A stretch of 64,000 nt of DNA from Octopus vulgaris (Eukaryota). Positions 27,524-39,619 of this stretch are shown in pieces (within the stretch, counting starts at the first letter, position 1; each line of letters opens with the position of its first letter). Position numbers and translations under genes: made by a program. The notes below the pieces were generated by a model. That model worked only from the letters and a program-made list of their open reading frames with translations, was not told where the DNA came from and made no database searches. The stretch covers positions 116,250,001-116,314,000 of the forward strand of contig OX597818.1 of assembly GCA_951406725.2 (NCBI GenBank), read 5' to 3'.

Positions 27524-30500
27524 AATAACAAACTTGCCAACGTCAGAAGAAACATTATAAAAAAAAAATTACTGACTGAAGTAGAGATTGATCAAGTTAG
27601 ACAAGCAATATCGGATAAAATGAACGAAGCTGCAGCTAGAGAAGATAATACAGAGGAAATAATTATAGACCAGCCCAGGGCTGATAAAAACGAAGTGAGG
27701 ATTGAAAGAGTTAGTATAAGTGATAGGCAAAGTGAAATACTCCCTGAACCAATCATAAACACTAAGACAGATGAGCATCAAATAGATAAAGAAAGTCACA
27801 CAAATATTGACCCAACAGAACTACATGAGCTAAAAAATCAAATCATGATTGAATGGCTGAAAATTAAAGAAACCAACATGGATGAACGTGATACACTTCC
27901 TAAAATCCGCAACTCTAACCAAAACATGAAAATAATTGGTAAAATCCGGCTTGTACTTAAGGATATAATTTTAGCTAATGATGTTGATATCACAAACCTC
28001 AACCACCTATACTATGCATCCGCGAAAATCTCAACGATCCTATGTGGTGTAAAGATTAGAAAACGGCAACATTCCCACAAAAAGCCTTCTTGGCGAGAGC
28101 GTCTGCAACAACAAATTAAAATATTTAGATCTGACATTGAATATTTGAAAAACCTTAAGGCTCACAAGACTACCAAACCTACAAAAACACCAAAATTACT
28201 GAAAAAATACAATATGAAAACTATACTTGATATTGATGCCACCATAGAAACCATCAAACAAAAGGTATCTGCCAAAGCTGCCCGCATAGCGAGGTATGAA
28301 AAGCGTGTTAGATTTTTCAAGGACAACAACATGTTCAAAAATAACACCAAGAATTTTTACAGGAAGATAGGAAAAACAGCGTTTACTGCAAGGTCTGTAC
28401 CATCAACAGAAGAAGTGCAGGGATTTTGGAATAAAATCTGGGCTGAAGAAAAAACACACAACGAAAAGCCCCCCTGGATTGACAGAATATCTACAGAACT
28501 GGACCCCTTAGAAGAGCAAAAGTGGGAGGGAGTCAAGGTAGAGGATATAAGATCTGCTCTCAGGAGGTCAGGCAAATGGAAGTCTCCAGGAAAGGATAAA
28601 ATTCCTAACTTCTGGCTGAATGCCTTCCCAGAGAACCATGAACTGCTAACAGAACTGTACAATGATGTTTTGCAACACCCTAGTAGGATGCCTCCTTGGC
28701 TAGTTAATGGGTTAACATTCCTGCTTCCAAAAAGTGAAGAAACAAATGAACCAAAAAACTAGAGACCCATAACCTGCTTAACAACTATGTATAAAACGCT
28801 AACATCTGTCCTGACTGAATATACTTGTAGTTTTTTAACAGACAGCAGCATATTCCCTAATGAACAGAAAGGATGTAAACGTGGATCCTACGGCTGTAAA
28901 GACGAACTACTCATCAATAAGATGAACTTAGAAGATTGTCACAAACGACACAAAAACTTATCAATAGCCTGGATAGACTATAAAAAGGCTTTTGATAGTC
29001 TACCACATAGCTGGATTAGGAAATGCCTGGAAATGTATAAGATAGCACCTACTCTGCGAAACTTCTTGACTGTAAGTATGAGATCATGGAGAACCACACT
29101 AACTCTGAACAGTGACAATGAATCCCTAAATGCTGGTGATGTAAAAATTTCGTGTGGCATTTTCCAGGGTGACTCACTGTCACCACTCCTCTTCTGTTTA
29201 GCCTTAATACCTCTCTCAAAGCTGCTCAATGACGCGCAGTACGGGTATAAAATGTTTGATAAAAATATAAATCATCTCATTTACATGGATGATTTAAAGC
29301 TTTTTGCAAAAAATGACCAACAACTCAAGGGCTTACTAGCGATAGTCAAACAATTCAGTGACCACATCAGAATGCAATTCGGCCTCGATAAATGTGCAAA
29401 AGCTACCTTTATCAAAGGAAAAATGACAGAAACATCTAACGTTAACCTAGACCTAGCGGAGAGCTACAAGTACCTAGGGGTAATTGAAGGGAACGGAATA
29501 AGGCATTCAGAGATGAAGGAAAGGATCAGGAGAGAATGCTATCGAAGAGTGAGAGCAATACTCAAGACAGAGCTGAATGCAAGAAACAGGATCGAAGCGA
29601 TCAATGCATTAGCCATACCAGTCGTGACTTACAGTTTCAATATTGTTAACTGGTCAATTACTGAAATATGTCAGCTCGACAGAAAAATAAGGAAACTGTT
29701 GACAATGCATAGAATGCACCACCCTAAAGCAGATACAGAACGACTCTATCTGCCAAGAAAAGAGGGAGGCCGTGGTCTTTTGCAACTGGCAATAACAATG
29801 AAGATTACTACAATTGGCCTAGACACCTACCTGAAAAACTCTGAGGACTGGATGTTAAAACTTGTCTCAAAACATGAAAACAAGAAAGCATCATACTCAG
29901 TCACAAAACAGGCAAAGGAATATCTAAGTGAACACGAAAGCAGCAAAAAGCTGCATTCTATTGTCAAGGAAGCTTATAAGTTCGAAAGGGAACTAGACAT
30001 TAACCTTGAATCAGATGAAGAAACCACTGCTACCAAGCAATCAAAGCGAATCAAGCAGACTGCAAAAAAGAACGGGCAGAATCAAATTGAGAGGCGGTGG
30101 AGCCAGAAGCCCCTGCATGGACAATATATTCTCCGAAGCCAAAATGCTGATGTAGACCAAGCAACAACCCATCAGTGGCTGAAGAGTTCTGGATTGAAAG
30201 CAGAGACTGAAGGCTTCATACTGGCAGCACAAGATCAAAGCTTGTTTACCAGAAATTACCAGGCTAACGTTCTCCGAAACGGTACTGACCCTAAATGCAG
30301 ATTCTGCGACACATTTGACGAAACAATAGACCATCTCGTTTCGGGATGTCCTGTGCTAACACCAAACGAATACAAAAATCGCCACGATAGGGTAGGACAG
30401 TATATACATTGGAAGATATGTAAACACTACAAATTCGGCACTCCTGCTAACTGGTATGAACACCATCCTCAGCCAGTTGTTGAAGGTAAAGATGTCACCA

Positions 30501-30860
30501 TCCTCTGGGATTTTCCAGTCAACACTGACAGAACGATCAAGGCTAATCGACCAGACATAATTGTTAAAGACAGGGAAGAAAATACCTGCAGACTAATAGA
30601 GGTAAGCGTCTCCACTGATAAAAATGTATCTGTAAAGGAATTTGACAAACTTAGTAAATATAAGGACCTGGAAATCGAAATACAAAAGATGTGGAATCTT
30701 AAAACAAAAACTGTTCCTGTTATTGTAGGTGCCCTAGGTATGATAAAAAAGGGATGTCAGAAACACCTAGACAATATCCCAGGAGAACCATGTCTCAAGG
30801 AAATCCAAAAGATTGTGCTAACAAGTACTGCCCACATCCTTAGAAAAGCCCTATCAATGG
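27521..30860 (+). pseudogene. RT-RLE polyprotein, disrupted
   Basis: WKSPGKDKIPNFW, PKN*RPITCL (TAG at 28760-28762 in place of Tyr), WIDYKKAFDS, GIFQGDSLSPLLF, YMDDLKL, YKYLG, CRFC..ETIDHLVSGC zinc knuckle, RHD, NRPDII, KLSKY. Natural stop after ILRKALSM appears mutated, extending the called ORF to 31012. Confidence 0.92.
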
Positions 30861-31012
30861 AAATGTTTGTGTTTGTATTACATGGAGATATGTCTCTACT
30901 TCCCTCCCCAAGCTTTCAGCTATATTTCAACAACTTAACCTTCACTTGCCCTAGGGCGCTGGGTGTGCCCCGGCAAGTGATTGCATCAAACATGCAGATT
31001 AAAAGTAAATGA
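27521..31012 (+). mobile_element. R4/Dong-type non-LTR retrotransposon (RT + restriction-like endonuclease), 5'-truncated, inserted in (AAT)n
   Basis: Flanked by (AAT)n at 27461-27520 and 31014-31066. Single long ORF with RT and RLE motifs. Short 3'UTR with hairpin. Confidence 0.93.
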
Positions 31013-31013
31013 C

Positions 31014-31068
<55 letters not shown>

Positions 31069-31719
31069 GCTCTGATGCAGTACAAGCTTCATAGCTTCTG
31101 ATCTTCACTGATTGGAAGTGTTAACACATACATTGCTTTGTCTTGGTATAAAAGATGGGCTACAGTAGATATTCTGCTTAATACCACAGATTTGCTTGTC
31201 AGTTGTTTGACCTTAACCAGTTGAGCATGTCCCCTGGTGGCTGATGATGATATGTGCATCTCTGATAACGAGCAGAAGTAGTTGGGAAGCATCATAGCCA
31301 TGTATTGAGAGGAATTCTTTGGGGTTTGGATAATTCACCCTTGGAAACATGGGTGTTTCGTTCATCATCATTAAACAAACCATATTGAGGAACCTTTTGA
31401 GCGGGATGGGTTACTCGACCAGAAGAAAATTGTAACTGGTCCCCACCTGCAAGGTCATGCGCTGTTTATCTTGGTATGAGATCACCATGTCGCGCACATA
31501 TGGTTGTGATGCATGTACCCTGATATAGATTCCATTGTAAGGAATATACTGAATATACTGAACCAAGCCGAAAAGGCTTGTCAAAATATACGACGTTCAT
31601 TTTATATTGTTATATTTTAAAATCCTTTCCGCCGGATCCGCTCGTGATGCATTCGTTTTACAATTTTATTTCTTCGAAACCCTGTATAGAGTTAGTCTAT
31701 TTCAACGTTATATTTTCAT

Positions 31720-32070
31720 AGCTTTTACTTTTACTTGTTTCAGCCATAAGACAGTGGCCATGCTGGGGCACCGCCTTAAATTTCTACTCGAATGACTCGA
31801 CCCCTGTATTACTTTTTAAGCCTTATTCTGTCAGTCTTTTAGGTCGAACCGCTAAGTTATGGGGGATGCAAACTGGCCAACACCAGTTGTCAAGCGGTCA
31901 TAGGGGAGGATGGCACAAACGCAGACAAAAAACACACATACACACACACACAAACACACACATACACACACTCATATATATACGACGACCCGATCCTATA
32001 TCAAGAAACACTTATCTAAGGTTCCACGCAATAGAACTGAACCCGGAACCATGTGGTTGGGAAGCAAACG
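31720..32070 (-). mobile_element. SINE (family of 55255-55637), decayed
   Basis: Reverse-complement match to tail and head (tttgcttcccaaccacatggttccgggttcag). Confidence 0.8.
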
Positions 32071-32084
32071 TGTGACCACACCAA

Positions 32085-32270
32085 CGCATTCGCCTCACAG
32101 CCACTCTTGCACCTTACAGCTACGCCTGCACCTCACATTCGCGCCTGCGCCTCACTGCCATGCTGGCATCTCACAGCCACACCTGCGCTTCACTGCAACG
32201 CCTGTGCCTCACAGTCACATCTGCACCTCATAGTCATGTTTGCGCCTCACAGCAACGCCTAAGCTTCACA
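32085..32270. repeat. Degenerate 19-bp GC-rich minisatellite (about 10 units)
   Basis: cgcctcacagccactcttg / caccttacagctacgcctg / cacctcacattcgcgcctg etc. Confidence 0.85.
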
Positions 32271-32461
32271 AACACTTCCAGTCTCTGACATCTTAAGGTT
32301 CTATATGTATAGCCCTTTATAAAGCTAAATGCTTTTAACTTTACTGTATTTAGAATGGTCGATTCTTAAAGGTATAATTGTTGTGATGATCTGTCTAAAG
32401 GTAGGAACGTATTAAACCTTTGTATCTAATAATAAAATGCCTTTCTGTCTGCCTGTCTGCC

Positions 32462-32564
<103 letters not shown>

Positions 32565-33014
32565 GTGTGTGTGTGGTTGTGTGCATGTTCGTATCAATGC
32601 TATATATATGTGTGCATATGTATATATTCAATCACAGAGAAGTATTACCATAAACCGGCTTTCTTCATCAAAAGAAATATGGTAAAATTATATACATAAA
32701 TGTATGTATTTATACATGTATTTGAGTATATATATATAGTCAATTCGAGGAAGTGAGATCCACATTAGGGATTATATGATCCAAAATGTTCCACTGGTTT
32801 AATCAATCACGATCATATAATTCGATAGACTCTGCGATATGTTGGAGATTATTGTAGTAATACATATTATCGATATTGAAGGAAAGAAAATAGATGTATG
32901 AATATAATTTATTTGTATAATCTAAAGATGTTGAATTTTTTTAAAAACACAATAGAAATAAATTATAAATTGTAATCACTCATTCAAAAAGAAAGTGAGT
33001 GATTTGGAAAAACA

Positions 33015-33116
33015 AACCTACATATATGTTTCAGTTGTAGCCCCTAGTTGATATGCAATTCTAGGCATTTGGTTATATTTTAGGAAAGGTATATGGGGCA
33101 GAACATCTTCAGGGTT
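33015..33116 (-). ncRNA. Type I hammerhead-like motif within a TA-flanked element (~32737-33175)
   Basis: Minus strand: aacc-CTGAAGA-tgttctgcccc...ggggctacaact-GAAAC-ATATAT-GTA-ggtt. Confidence 0.65.
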
Positions 33117-33172
33117 ATTATGAGCTATGAAGGTTATAGTTTTTGAAGGTTAACAAGTTTCTTTCAAGAGTT

Positions 33173-33221
<49 letters not shown>

Positions 33222-33226
<5 letters not shown>

Positions 33227-34797
33227 AAAAAGGAGATGTGGAACACGAGTTGTGGTATATAAAAAAGGAAATGAAGAAAATGCTGACAAAATAATTTAAG
33301 TAATTTAAGTAATTTAATTAGGTGAAAGTTCTTTTTACCGGTTGCGCATTTGTTATGCTTATCAAAAGATTAGAGTTCCTTTCTGATAGATTTTTTCCTC
33401 TTATCTGACTTTATGTTGGGTTTGCTGTCTCTTATATGTGAAAAAAGAGGCTCCAGAGTTGTTTAAGATTTGCTTGGTTTCGCGCCTAAAATTTCTTGTG
33501 GACAATGGTCAATACAATTTTGATTGGTCAATATGAAGGGGTCACGTGAATGTTTGAATGGAAGTTGGTGTTGGGGTAAGAAAAAAGGCTCCAGAGAAGT
33601 TAAAATTTGGCTAGTGTCGCGCCTAAAATTTCTTATTGGTCATAATAAAGAGGTCACGTGGATGTGGTCATAATAGAGAGGTCACGTGAATGTTTAGAAT
33701 TTTCGAAAATAGCGTTGTTGAAAATTCTTATTGTTCAGGCTGGTCAGTAGACGTCATGTGGATATTTTAAATAGCTTTTTAGCGTGTAGTTAGGGAGTGT
33801 ATTTTCCGCTTGACTGAATTTGAGCTGGATAAATAAGTTCGTTTAGGACAGGAAGAGCTATATGTATGTATGTATGTGTGCGCGCGCGCGCGCGTGTGTG
33901 TGTGTTTATATGTATGTTGGGGCGCGCGCGCGTGTATATATGTGTGCGTGTGTGGGTACAATTTTCAATATTTATAGTTCTGCTGGCCTTGTGCCTGTAT
34001 CGGGAAGCAACGTGTTTGTGTGAAGTCAATATTTACAGTCATTTCCAAAAAATAGTGTTGGATGTTTTGCACCCGTTTCCAATTATGTGTATGTGTGGAA
34101 CCATATATTTGCGTGTGTCATGGTGTTAATATCTGGGTAAAAGTGTGTGTAGGGTGTGTGCAGGTGTAAGTGTGTTTGTTGTGGGTTCGTGTTAGGGGGA
34201 TGTGTTTAGAAGTGGTCTGTATTTATTAATAAGGTGGGATTCCATGGTTATTCGCTGGGTATGAGTGGCATTGTCTTTAAATTTGTAGAGGGGAAAAATT
34301 CTAAAATTGGGATGAAGTTGTGTGGCACAGGTATCAATATGTGCACTAAGTGCTATTTTTCTGTATTCCTGTATTTTTATTTGGGATCTGTGGACAGTCA
34401 TGCGTTGGCGGAGGCTATTTTTAGTTTGGCCTATGTAGTGTTCATTACAGCCCGAGCAAGTTAAGACATATACTAGGTTTTCTGATGCGCATGTGAAGTT
34501 GTGTTTTACTGTGAAACGTTGTCCTTGTTTAAAAAGGAATTCCGGACCTTCTATTAGGTTGTTGCATATACCACAGTTGGGTCTATTGCATTTGTTTACT
34601 GTGGGTTTAGTTGTTGTGGTTGGCAGTACTTTGGCATTTGTTAGGATGGTTTTCAATGATTTGGGTTACCTTTTGCTCTTTATGATTTCGTGTGTTAGGA
34701 GGATTTGGTTCATTCTATGGTCCTTTTTTAATACAGGAATGTTCTGGAGGATGGTGTCAAACGCTTCATTGTTGATGGGGTTGTGTGTAGAGATGTA
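33222..34797 (-). mobile_element. Inverted 5'-truncated copy of the adjacent Penelope-like element (GIY-YIG region, 3'UTR, pLTR)
   Basis: Near-identical reverse complement of ~38060-39603, extending into the sequence equivalent to 35020-35064. GIY-YIG ORF 34192-34656. Ends at (TA)n. Confidence 0.95.
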
Positions 34798-34916
34798 TAG
34801 GCGCGAAACCAAGCAAATCTTAAACAACTCTGGAGCCTCTTTTTTCACATATAAGAGACAGCAGACCCAACATAAAGTCAGATAAGAGGAAAAAATCTAT
34901 CAGAAAGGAACTCTAA

Positions 34917-34956
34917 TCTTTTGATAAGCATAACAAATGCGCAACCGGTAAAAAGA
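34917..34956 (+). ncRNA. Variant minimal hammerhead-like motif in the pLTR (copies at ~39498-39538 +, ~33329-33369 -, ~40737-40778 -)
   Basis: tctt-TTGATAA-gcat-aacaa-atgc-GCAA-CCG-GTA-aaaaga: U3/A8 core, GCAA for GAAA, palindromic ACCGGT, weak stem I. Confidence 0.5.
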
Positions 34957-35091
34957 ACTTTCACCTAATTAAATTACTTAAATTACTTAAATTATTTTGT
35001 CAGCATTTTCTTCATTTCCTTTTTTATATACCACAACTCGTGTTCCACATCTCCTTTTTTAAATATCATATCCCCGCACGAGATACAGAAA

Positions 35092-36388
35092 ATGCCTACA
35101 AAAACTGAAACCACCCTAATCAACTTAAACGAAGAAATCCTACAGGAACTCAAAAACATCAACACCAACCGCTCTGTACTAGTCAACAAATTGGACTCCC
35201 CTAATGAGGAAACCATTACCGGACACAAACCCTCCGAAATCGGCGATAAGCTACAAACTCTGTGTGATACGATCCACACCTTTTTCACCACCACCAACCC
35301 AGCCAAAAACAAAGAAGAACCATGTCAAATTGATTCATACAAACTGAAAATTCATATAATCCCAGAATGGAACAAATCCCCCAGAGACAGAAAGTTCTCC
35401 TTCTGGAAAATGATTAGAAACAACAACAAGGCCGAGATATACGAAAAATGGATGAACTCTACCCCTCTAACTCTTCCCCGCAAAATACAATTAAAAGCCA
35501 TTCCCAATGAACCTGAACCTCAAAGACGACTTAGGGAAAGAATGGCATTAGAGAGACTGAAAACAGAGATTGAACTTCTCAAATTAAGGGCCCAAACAAA
35601 TGAGGAAAGTGTCAAAACAATCGATGAAGAGATCCTCCTCGTAATAAATAACAAGGCCGAAAGCCTACACATAGAGAAGATCTCCAAGTTATTGGAAAGA
35701 TGACTGCAACAAAGAGGAGCTAAAATCCCTACAACGCTGGGAAAAAAGTGCCGCCTGGTTCCTAAACTATGAATCGACTTTCAAAACGGATTACTCTTCC
35801 AATAACCCGTTCATAAAAATGGGAAAACCAGGAACCCAACCACACAACTACTCCGCCAACCCTCCAACATCGAACAAAAGAAGGAAACAGCATATTGAAG
35901 ATGTACCTTCTTACCCCACGTCCATAAGGAGGAACAAGAACCCTGGAAACCCTCACCACCAGAATTACATTAACGAATTTCCCCCTTCAAGGAGACACTA
36001 TACACAACAACACAACAACTACTCGAATACCTTATTAACAAATAAAAGAGGATCCCACTACCAGGATAGATACAACAACATCCACACCACGAGGGGACAA
36101 CAAGGTAATTTTCACTTTCTCAACTCTCACAATACACAACAAGCCCATACCACTCGATACAAGCACCCACGTAGGCCACTCATATCATCACAATCCATCA
36201 CGACACAAAGAAACACACACCAACACCCGCAATACAGGAACACCCCATTCTATCCACAACCACGAACCCGAACCATATTTCACAACAAGGAATATAACAA
36301 ACACACAGGACCTCTTAACACCAACAGACAACCCCTCTACCCCAACCATTTTTTAGACACAGCACACAGATACAGGCAAACAAAATAA
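35092..36388 (+). pseudogene. PLE upstream ORF1 (helical/coiled-coil-like N-half, Asn/His/Arg/Pro-rich C-half), broken by one 1-nt insertion near 35692
   Basis: Removing one T joins ...KISKL to WKDDCNKEELKSLQRWEKSAAWF...NNPFIKMGKP, linking ORFs 35092-35703 and 35819-36388. Confidence 0.7.
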
Positions 36389-38667
36389 CACAGGACAGGG
36401 AAGAGAAACAGAAACTAATTAAAGTCATCAATTTAACCAATACAGAACCCAACCCCAACCTTCTCAACTTACTCTCCAAAGGTCTGAAATTCACCCCCCA
36501 CGTCCAAACTACTACGAAATGAAGGAAGACATTACAGAATTTTGTAGAAAATTGCGACTTAGTGAGGAACTATTCGACCAGCACAATGAGGATGAGTCAC
36601 TAGCTAGAAATAAAAGCAACTACACCCCACCAAAAGGTAGAAATAAAATCCTAGACGAATTCTGTGAGCACATTACAAACTTCCCCTACCAACACTTACA
36701 CAAACCAAAACCCAAAACCAAACCTCAACAAGAAAGAGTGGGAAGAATTAAACAAATTAAAAAATGAAAGATCTATCACCATTAAAGAGGCCGATAAAGG
36801 AAGTGCAGTAGTCTTAATTGAGACAGAATACTATATCAACTTAGCACTCTCCACCTTGGAAAATGGAACATATTACGAAAAGGCTGAACACTACAATCAA
36901 CAGAAAATTATGAGAAACTTAAAAACCCTGATCAACCCCCACAAAGAAGAAATCACTAACAAAGAATTCAACTTCATCACAAATTTCACTAGTAAAACCA
37001 GCCTCTTCTACGGTATTCCCAAAATTCATAAAAGTGAATTAATAAGTAAGGCATGCAAGGAAGCCACAAACTCTGTAATCAATGTCCCCTCACCAAATGA
37101 CCTCAAATTGAGACCTATAATAGCAGGTCCCGCTTGCGAAACCCACCGCCTTAGCAACTTCATTGATACCCTTCTCAAGCCGTTCCTCAAACACATTAAA
37201 AGCTACATAAGGGACGATCTAGATATGCTCAACCACCTCCCCAATACACTTCTTGCTGAAAAAACCCTGCTAGTAACATTCGATGTAGTTAATCTTTACT
37301 CCAACATCCCCCACAACCTAGGAATAGAAGCTATCCAATTCTGGCTGGATAATTACTCCAACAAACTCCCACACCGCATCAAAAAGGAATTTATTTTAGA
37401 AGGACTCAAATTCATCTTAGAGAATAATTTCTTCACCTTCAACAACAAATTCTACAGACAGAAATCAGAGACGGCAATGGGAACGAAAACAGCTCCCACT
37501 TACGCCAACCTAGTCATGGGATACCTGGAAATCACCCTCTATAATAACGTTCTTAACCAATTTGGCACCACTCTCCACACACACATAGAGAAGAACTGGA
37601 AGAGATATCTTGATGACTGCTTCATCCTTTGGCCCGAAACCGTCGAGAAGCTTAAAAAATTTCACACTCTTATAAATGGGCTCAACACAAACATTATTTT
37701 CACAATGGAATACAGCCCTCAACAAATTCCCTTCCTCGACATCCTCATTAAAATTCACAACAAAAAAATAGAAACAGACATATACTACAAGCCAGCAGAC
37801 TCCAAGCAATACCTCCCTTTCAATTCATGCCACCCTAGACACGTTAAAATTAACATTCCCTACAACTTAGCCAAGAGAATTTGCACTATAGTCTCCAATA
37901 AAAACACCCGTCTCTTACATCTACAAGAACTCAAGGACACATTAACAAGCAGGGATTACCCCACGTCACTAATTGACAATGGGATCCATCGCGCCCTAAA
38001 ACTCAGCTAACAGGAACTTAGACGCCCTAAATCTGTTACATCGAAACCCCATACTCTACCATACATCTCTACACACAACCCCCTCAACAATGAAGCGTTT
38101 GACACCATCCTCCAGAACATTCCTGTATTAAAAAAGGACCATAGAATGAACCAAATCCTCCTAACACACGAAATCATAAAGAGCAAAAGGTAACCCAAAT
38201 CATTGAAAACCATCCTAACAAATGCCAAAGTACTGCCAACCACAACAACTAAACCCACAGTAAACAAATGCAATAGACCCAACTGTGGTATATGCATCAA
38301 CCTAATAGAAGGTCCGGAATTCCTTTTTAAACAAGGACAACGTTTCACAGTAAAACACAACTTCACATGCGCATCAGAAAACCTAGTATATGTCTTAACT
38401 TGCTCGGGCTGTAATGAACACTACATAAGCCAAACTAAAAATAGCCTCCGCCAACGCATGACTGTCCACAGATCCCAAATAAAAATACAGGAATACAGAA
38501 AAATAGCACTTAGTGCACATATTGATACCTGTGCCGCACAACTTCATCCCCATTTTAGAATTTTTTCCCTCTACAAATTTAAAGACAATGCCACTCATAC
38601 CCAGCGAATAACCATGGAATCCCACCTTATTAATAAATACAGACCACTTCTAAACACATCCCCCTAA
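36349..38667 (+). pseudogene. PLE reverse transcriptase + GIY-YIG endonuclease ORF, disrupted
   Basis: VINLT...LLSKGLKFTP, IKEADKGSAVV, FYGIPKIHK, LRPII, FDVVNLYSNIP, TAMGT..APTYANL, RYLDDCF, IPFLD, SCHPRH, CNRPNCGIC, LVYVLTC..C..HYI(G)QT. Two mutually compensating frameshifts (~36500, ~36715) and TAA stops at 38008 and 38191. Confidence 0.92.
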
Positions 38668-38956
38668 CACGAACCCACAACAAACACACTTACACCTGCA
38701 CACACCCTACACACACTTTTACCCAGATATTAACACCATGACACACGCAAATATATGGTTCCACACATACACATAATTGGAAACGGGTGCAAAACATCCA
38801 ACACTATTTTTTGGAAATGACTGTAAATATTGACTTCACACAAACACGTTGCTTCCCGATACAGGCACAAGGCCAGCAGAACTATAAATATTGAAAATTG
38901 TACCCACACACGCACACATATATACACGCGCGCGCGCCCCAACATACATATAAACA

Positions 38957-38989
<33 letters not shown>

Positions 38990-39104
38990 ACATACATACA
39001 TACATATAGCTCTTCCTGTCCTAAACGAACTTACTTATCCAGCTCAAATTCAGTCAAGCGGAAAATACACTCCCTAACTACACGCTAAAAAGCTATTTAA
39101 AATA

Positions 39105-39390
39105 TCCACATGACGTCTACTGACCAGCCTGAACAATAAGAATTTTCAACAACGCTATTTTCGAAAATTCTAAACATTCACGTGACCTCTCTATTATGAC
39201 CACATCAACGTGACCCTTTATTATGACCAATAAGAAATTTTAGGCGCGACACTAGCCAAATTTTAACTTCTCTGGAGCCTTTTTTCTTACCCCAACACCA
39301 ACTTCCATTCAAACATTCACGTGACCCCTTCATATTGACCAATCAAAATTGTATTGACCATTGTCCACAAGAAATTTTAGGCGCGAAACC
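39105..39390 (+). promoter_or_regulatory. Candidate PLE promoter cluster: repeated E-box, CCAAT and E2F-like sites
   Basis: TGACGTC 39111; CACGTGAC 39179 and 39318; CCAAT 39227 and 39339; GGCGCGAAA 39380 (reverse TTTCGCGCC). Arranged as an internal duplication just upstream of the pLTR. Confidence 0.4.
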
Positions 39391-39619
39391 AAGCAAATCT
39401 TAAACAACTCTGGAGCCTCTTTTTTTCACATATAAGAGACAGCAAACCCAACATAAAGTCAGATAAGAGGAAAAAATCTATCAGAAAGGAACTCTAATCT
39501 TTTGATAAGCATAACAAATGCGCAACCGGTAAAAAGAACTTTCACCTAATTAAATTACTTAAATTACTTAAATTATTTTGTCAGCATTTTCTTCATTTCC
39601 TTTTATATATATATATATA

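Larger units (their letters stand above)
34798..39603 (+). mobile_element. Penelope-like retroelement (Neptune-like), near full length, with direct pLTR repeats 34798-35025 and 39378-39603
   Basis: RT and GIY-YIG coding region between direct repeats, inverted partial copy upstream, (TA)n at the 3' end. Confidence 0.93.

Noticed and set aside
35701-35703. TGA ending ORF 35092-35703 as a selenocysteine codon (some PLEs are reported to encode Sec)
   Set aside because: The coherent continuation is in the +1 frame, so a 1-nt insertion explains it better; no SECIS was recognised.
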